The notes beneath the pieces are model-generated. The model made no database searches and had not been told where the DNA came from. It saw only the letters and a program-made list of their open reading frames with translations. The position numbers and the translations under genes are program-made. This document shows, piece after piece, positions 62,910-64,000 of a DNA stretch of 64,000 bases. The DNA is taken from contig OY740785.1 of NCBI GenBank assembly GCA_963514005.1, positions 108,066,001 to 108,130,000 on the forward strand, given 5' to 3'. The stretch's first letter is position 1. Each line of letters starts with the position of its first letter. The stretch is from Raja brachyura. Taxonomy: Eukaryota.

Positions 62910-63570
62910 TGAGAGGATTTGAGTATAGGAGCAAGGAGGTCCTACTGCAGTTGTACAGGACCCTGGTGAGACCACACCTGGACTATTGTGTGCATTTTTG
63001 GTCTCCTAATTTGAGGAAGGACATTCTTGGTATTGTGGGAGTGCAGCATAGTTTCACCAGGTTAATTCCCGGGAATGGCGGGACTACCATATGATGAAAG
63101 AACGGGTTGGCTGGGCTTGTATTCACCGGAATTTAGAAGGATGAGAGGGGATCTTATAGAAACCTATAAAATTCTTAAGGGATTGGACAAGCTGGATGCA
63201 GGAGAAATATTCCCGACGATGGGCGAGTCCAGAACCAGGGGTCACAGTGTAACAATAAGGGGTAGGCCATTTAAGACTGAGATGAGGAAAAACGTTCTCG
63301 CCCAGAGAGTTATGAATCTGTGGAATTCTCTGCCACAGAGGGCAGTGGAGGCCAATTCACAATGTTGTCAAGACATTAGATATAGCTCTTAGATATAGCT
63401 CTATAGAGTTAGATATAGCTCTTAGGGCTAACGGAATCAAGGGATATAGGGAGAAGGCAGGAACAGCCTACTAATTTTGAATGATCAGCCATGATCATAT
63501 TGAATGGTGGTGCTGGCTCGAAGGGCCAAATGGTCTATTCCTGCACCTATTTCTATGCTTATTTTTCCTA
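62910..63570 (+). mobile_element. CR1 3' fragment
   Basis: RGFEYRSKEVLLQLYRTLVRPHL..RVMNLWNSLPQ, CR1 3' UTR. Confidence 0.9.
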
Positions 63571-63805
63571 TTGCTATTGACTATAAGTTGGCGATATGCA
63601 GAGTACTGCCCTGCCGACTACAAATTCAGAAGGTTCAGAAGGACTACAGTTAACAATATTGATTTGGGCATTTTTCAGTTGAGTTGAAGGCAGCATCGGG
63701 AAAGCCGGCATGAATGAGAAGTTAAGATACGCATTAATATATAGATTTTATTTTGGATGCTTTCCCACATATTTAGGGTCAATCAACCTCCCCCCACCCT
63801 AAATC

Positions 63806-63900
63806 CAGTCTGAAGACGGGTCCTGATGCAAAATGTCACTAGTCCATGTTCTCCTGAGATGTTGCCTGACCTGCTCAGCTACTCCAGCACTGTGTCTTCA
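63806..63900 (+). mobile_element. Decayed Penelope-derived short element
   Basis: cagtctgaagacgggtcctgatgcaaaatgtcac..gagatgttgcctgacctgctcagctactccagcac. Confidence 0.6.
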
Positions 63901-64000
63901 TCAGGAGTATTAGAAGTGAGGCAGAAGGAGAATGCTTGTGTTTGTACAATTGGAGAGTTGGCAGGAATTCTCCACTCAGGGTTCAGTGTGTGCTGGATTT

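Overview
Eukaryotic (vertebrate) genomic DNA; the repeat landscape (HE1-like tRNA SINEs, abundant CR1 LINEs, Penelope GIY-YIG remnants) points to a cartilaginous fish, probably a skate/ray (inference). The only host gene is ASCC3 (Ski2-like helicase, activating signal cointegrator 1 complex subunit 3) on the minus strand: four internal coding exons (60674-60785, 58215-58349, 23976-24200, 510-661) with GT-AG boundaries splice in frame and encode the end of the second winged-helix and the second Sec63 region; introns are about 2.3, 34 and 23 kb. Introns are filled with CR1, Rex1/Babar, RTE, Vingi/Ingi and Penelope-like retroelements, tRNA SINEs, a Tc1 transposon and TIR MITEs. The most striking unexplained structure is a recurrent Penelope-derived short-element system: more than a dozen copies carry a minimal hammerhead-ribozyme core (CTGAAGA-A-GGGTCTCGACCC-GAAACGTC) or decayed versions of it, many are fold-back palindromes with a 33-36 nt single-sided tail and target-site duplications, and a young subfamily is linked to an intact GIY-YIG C-terminus.
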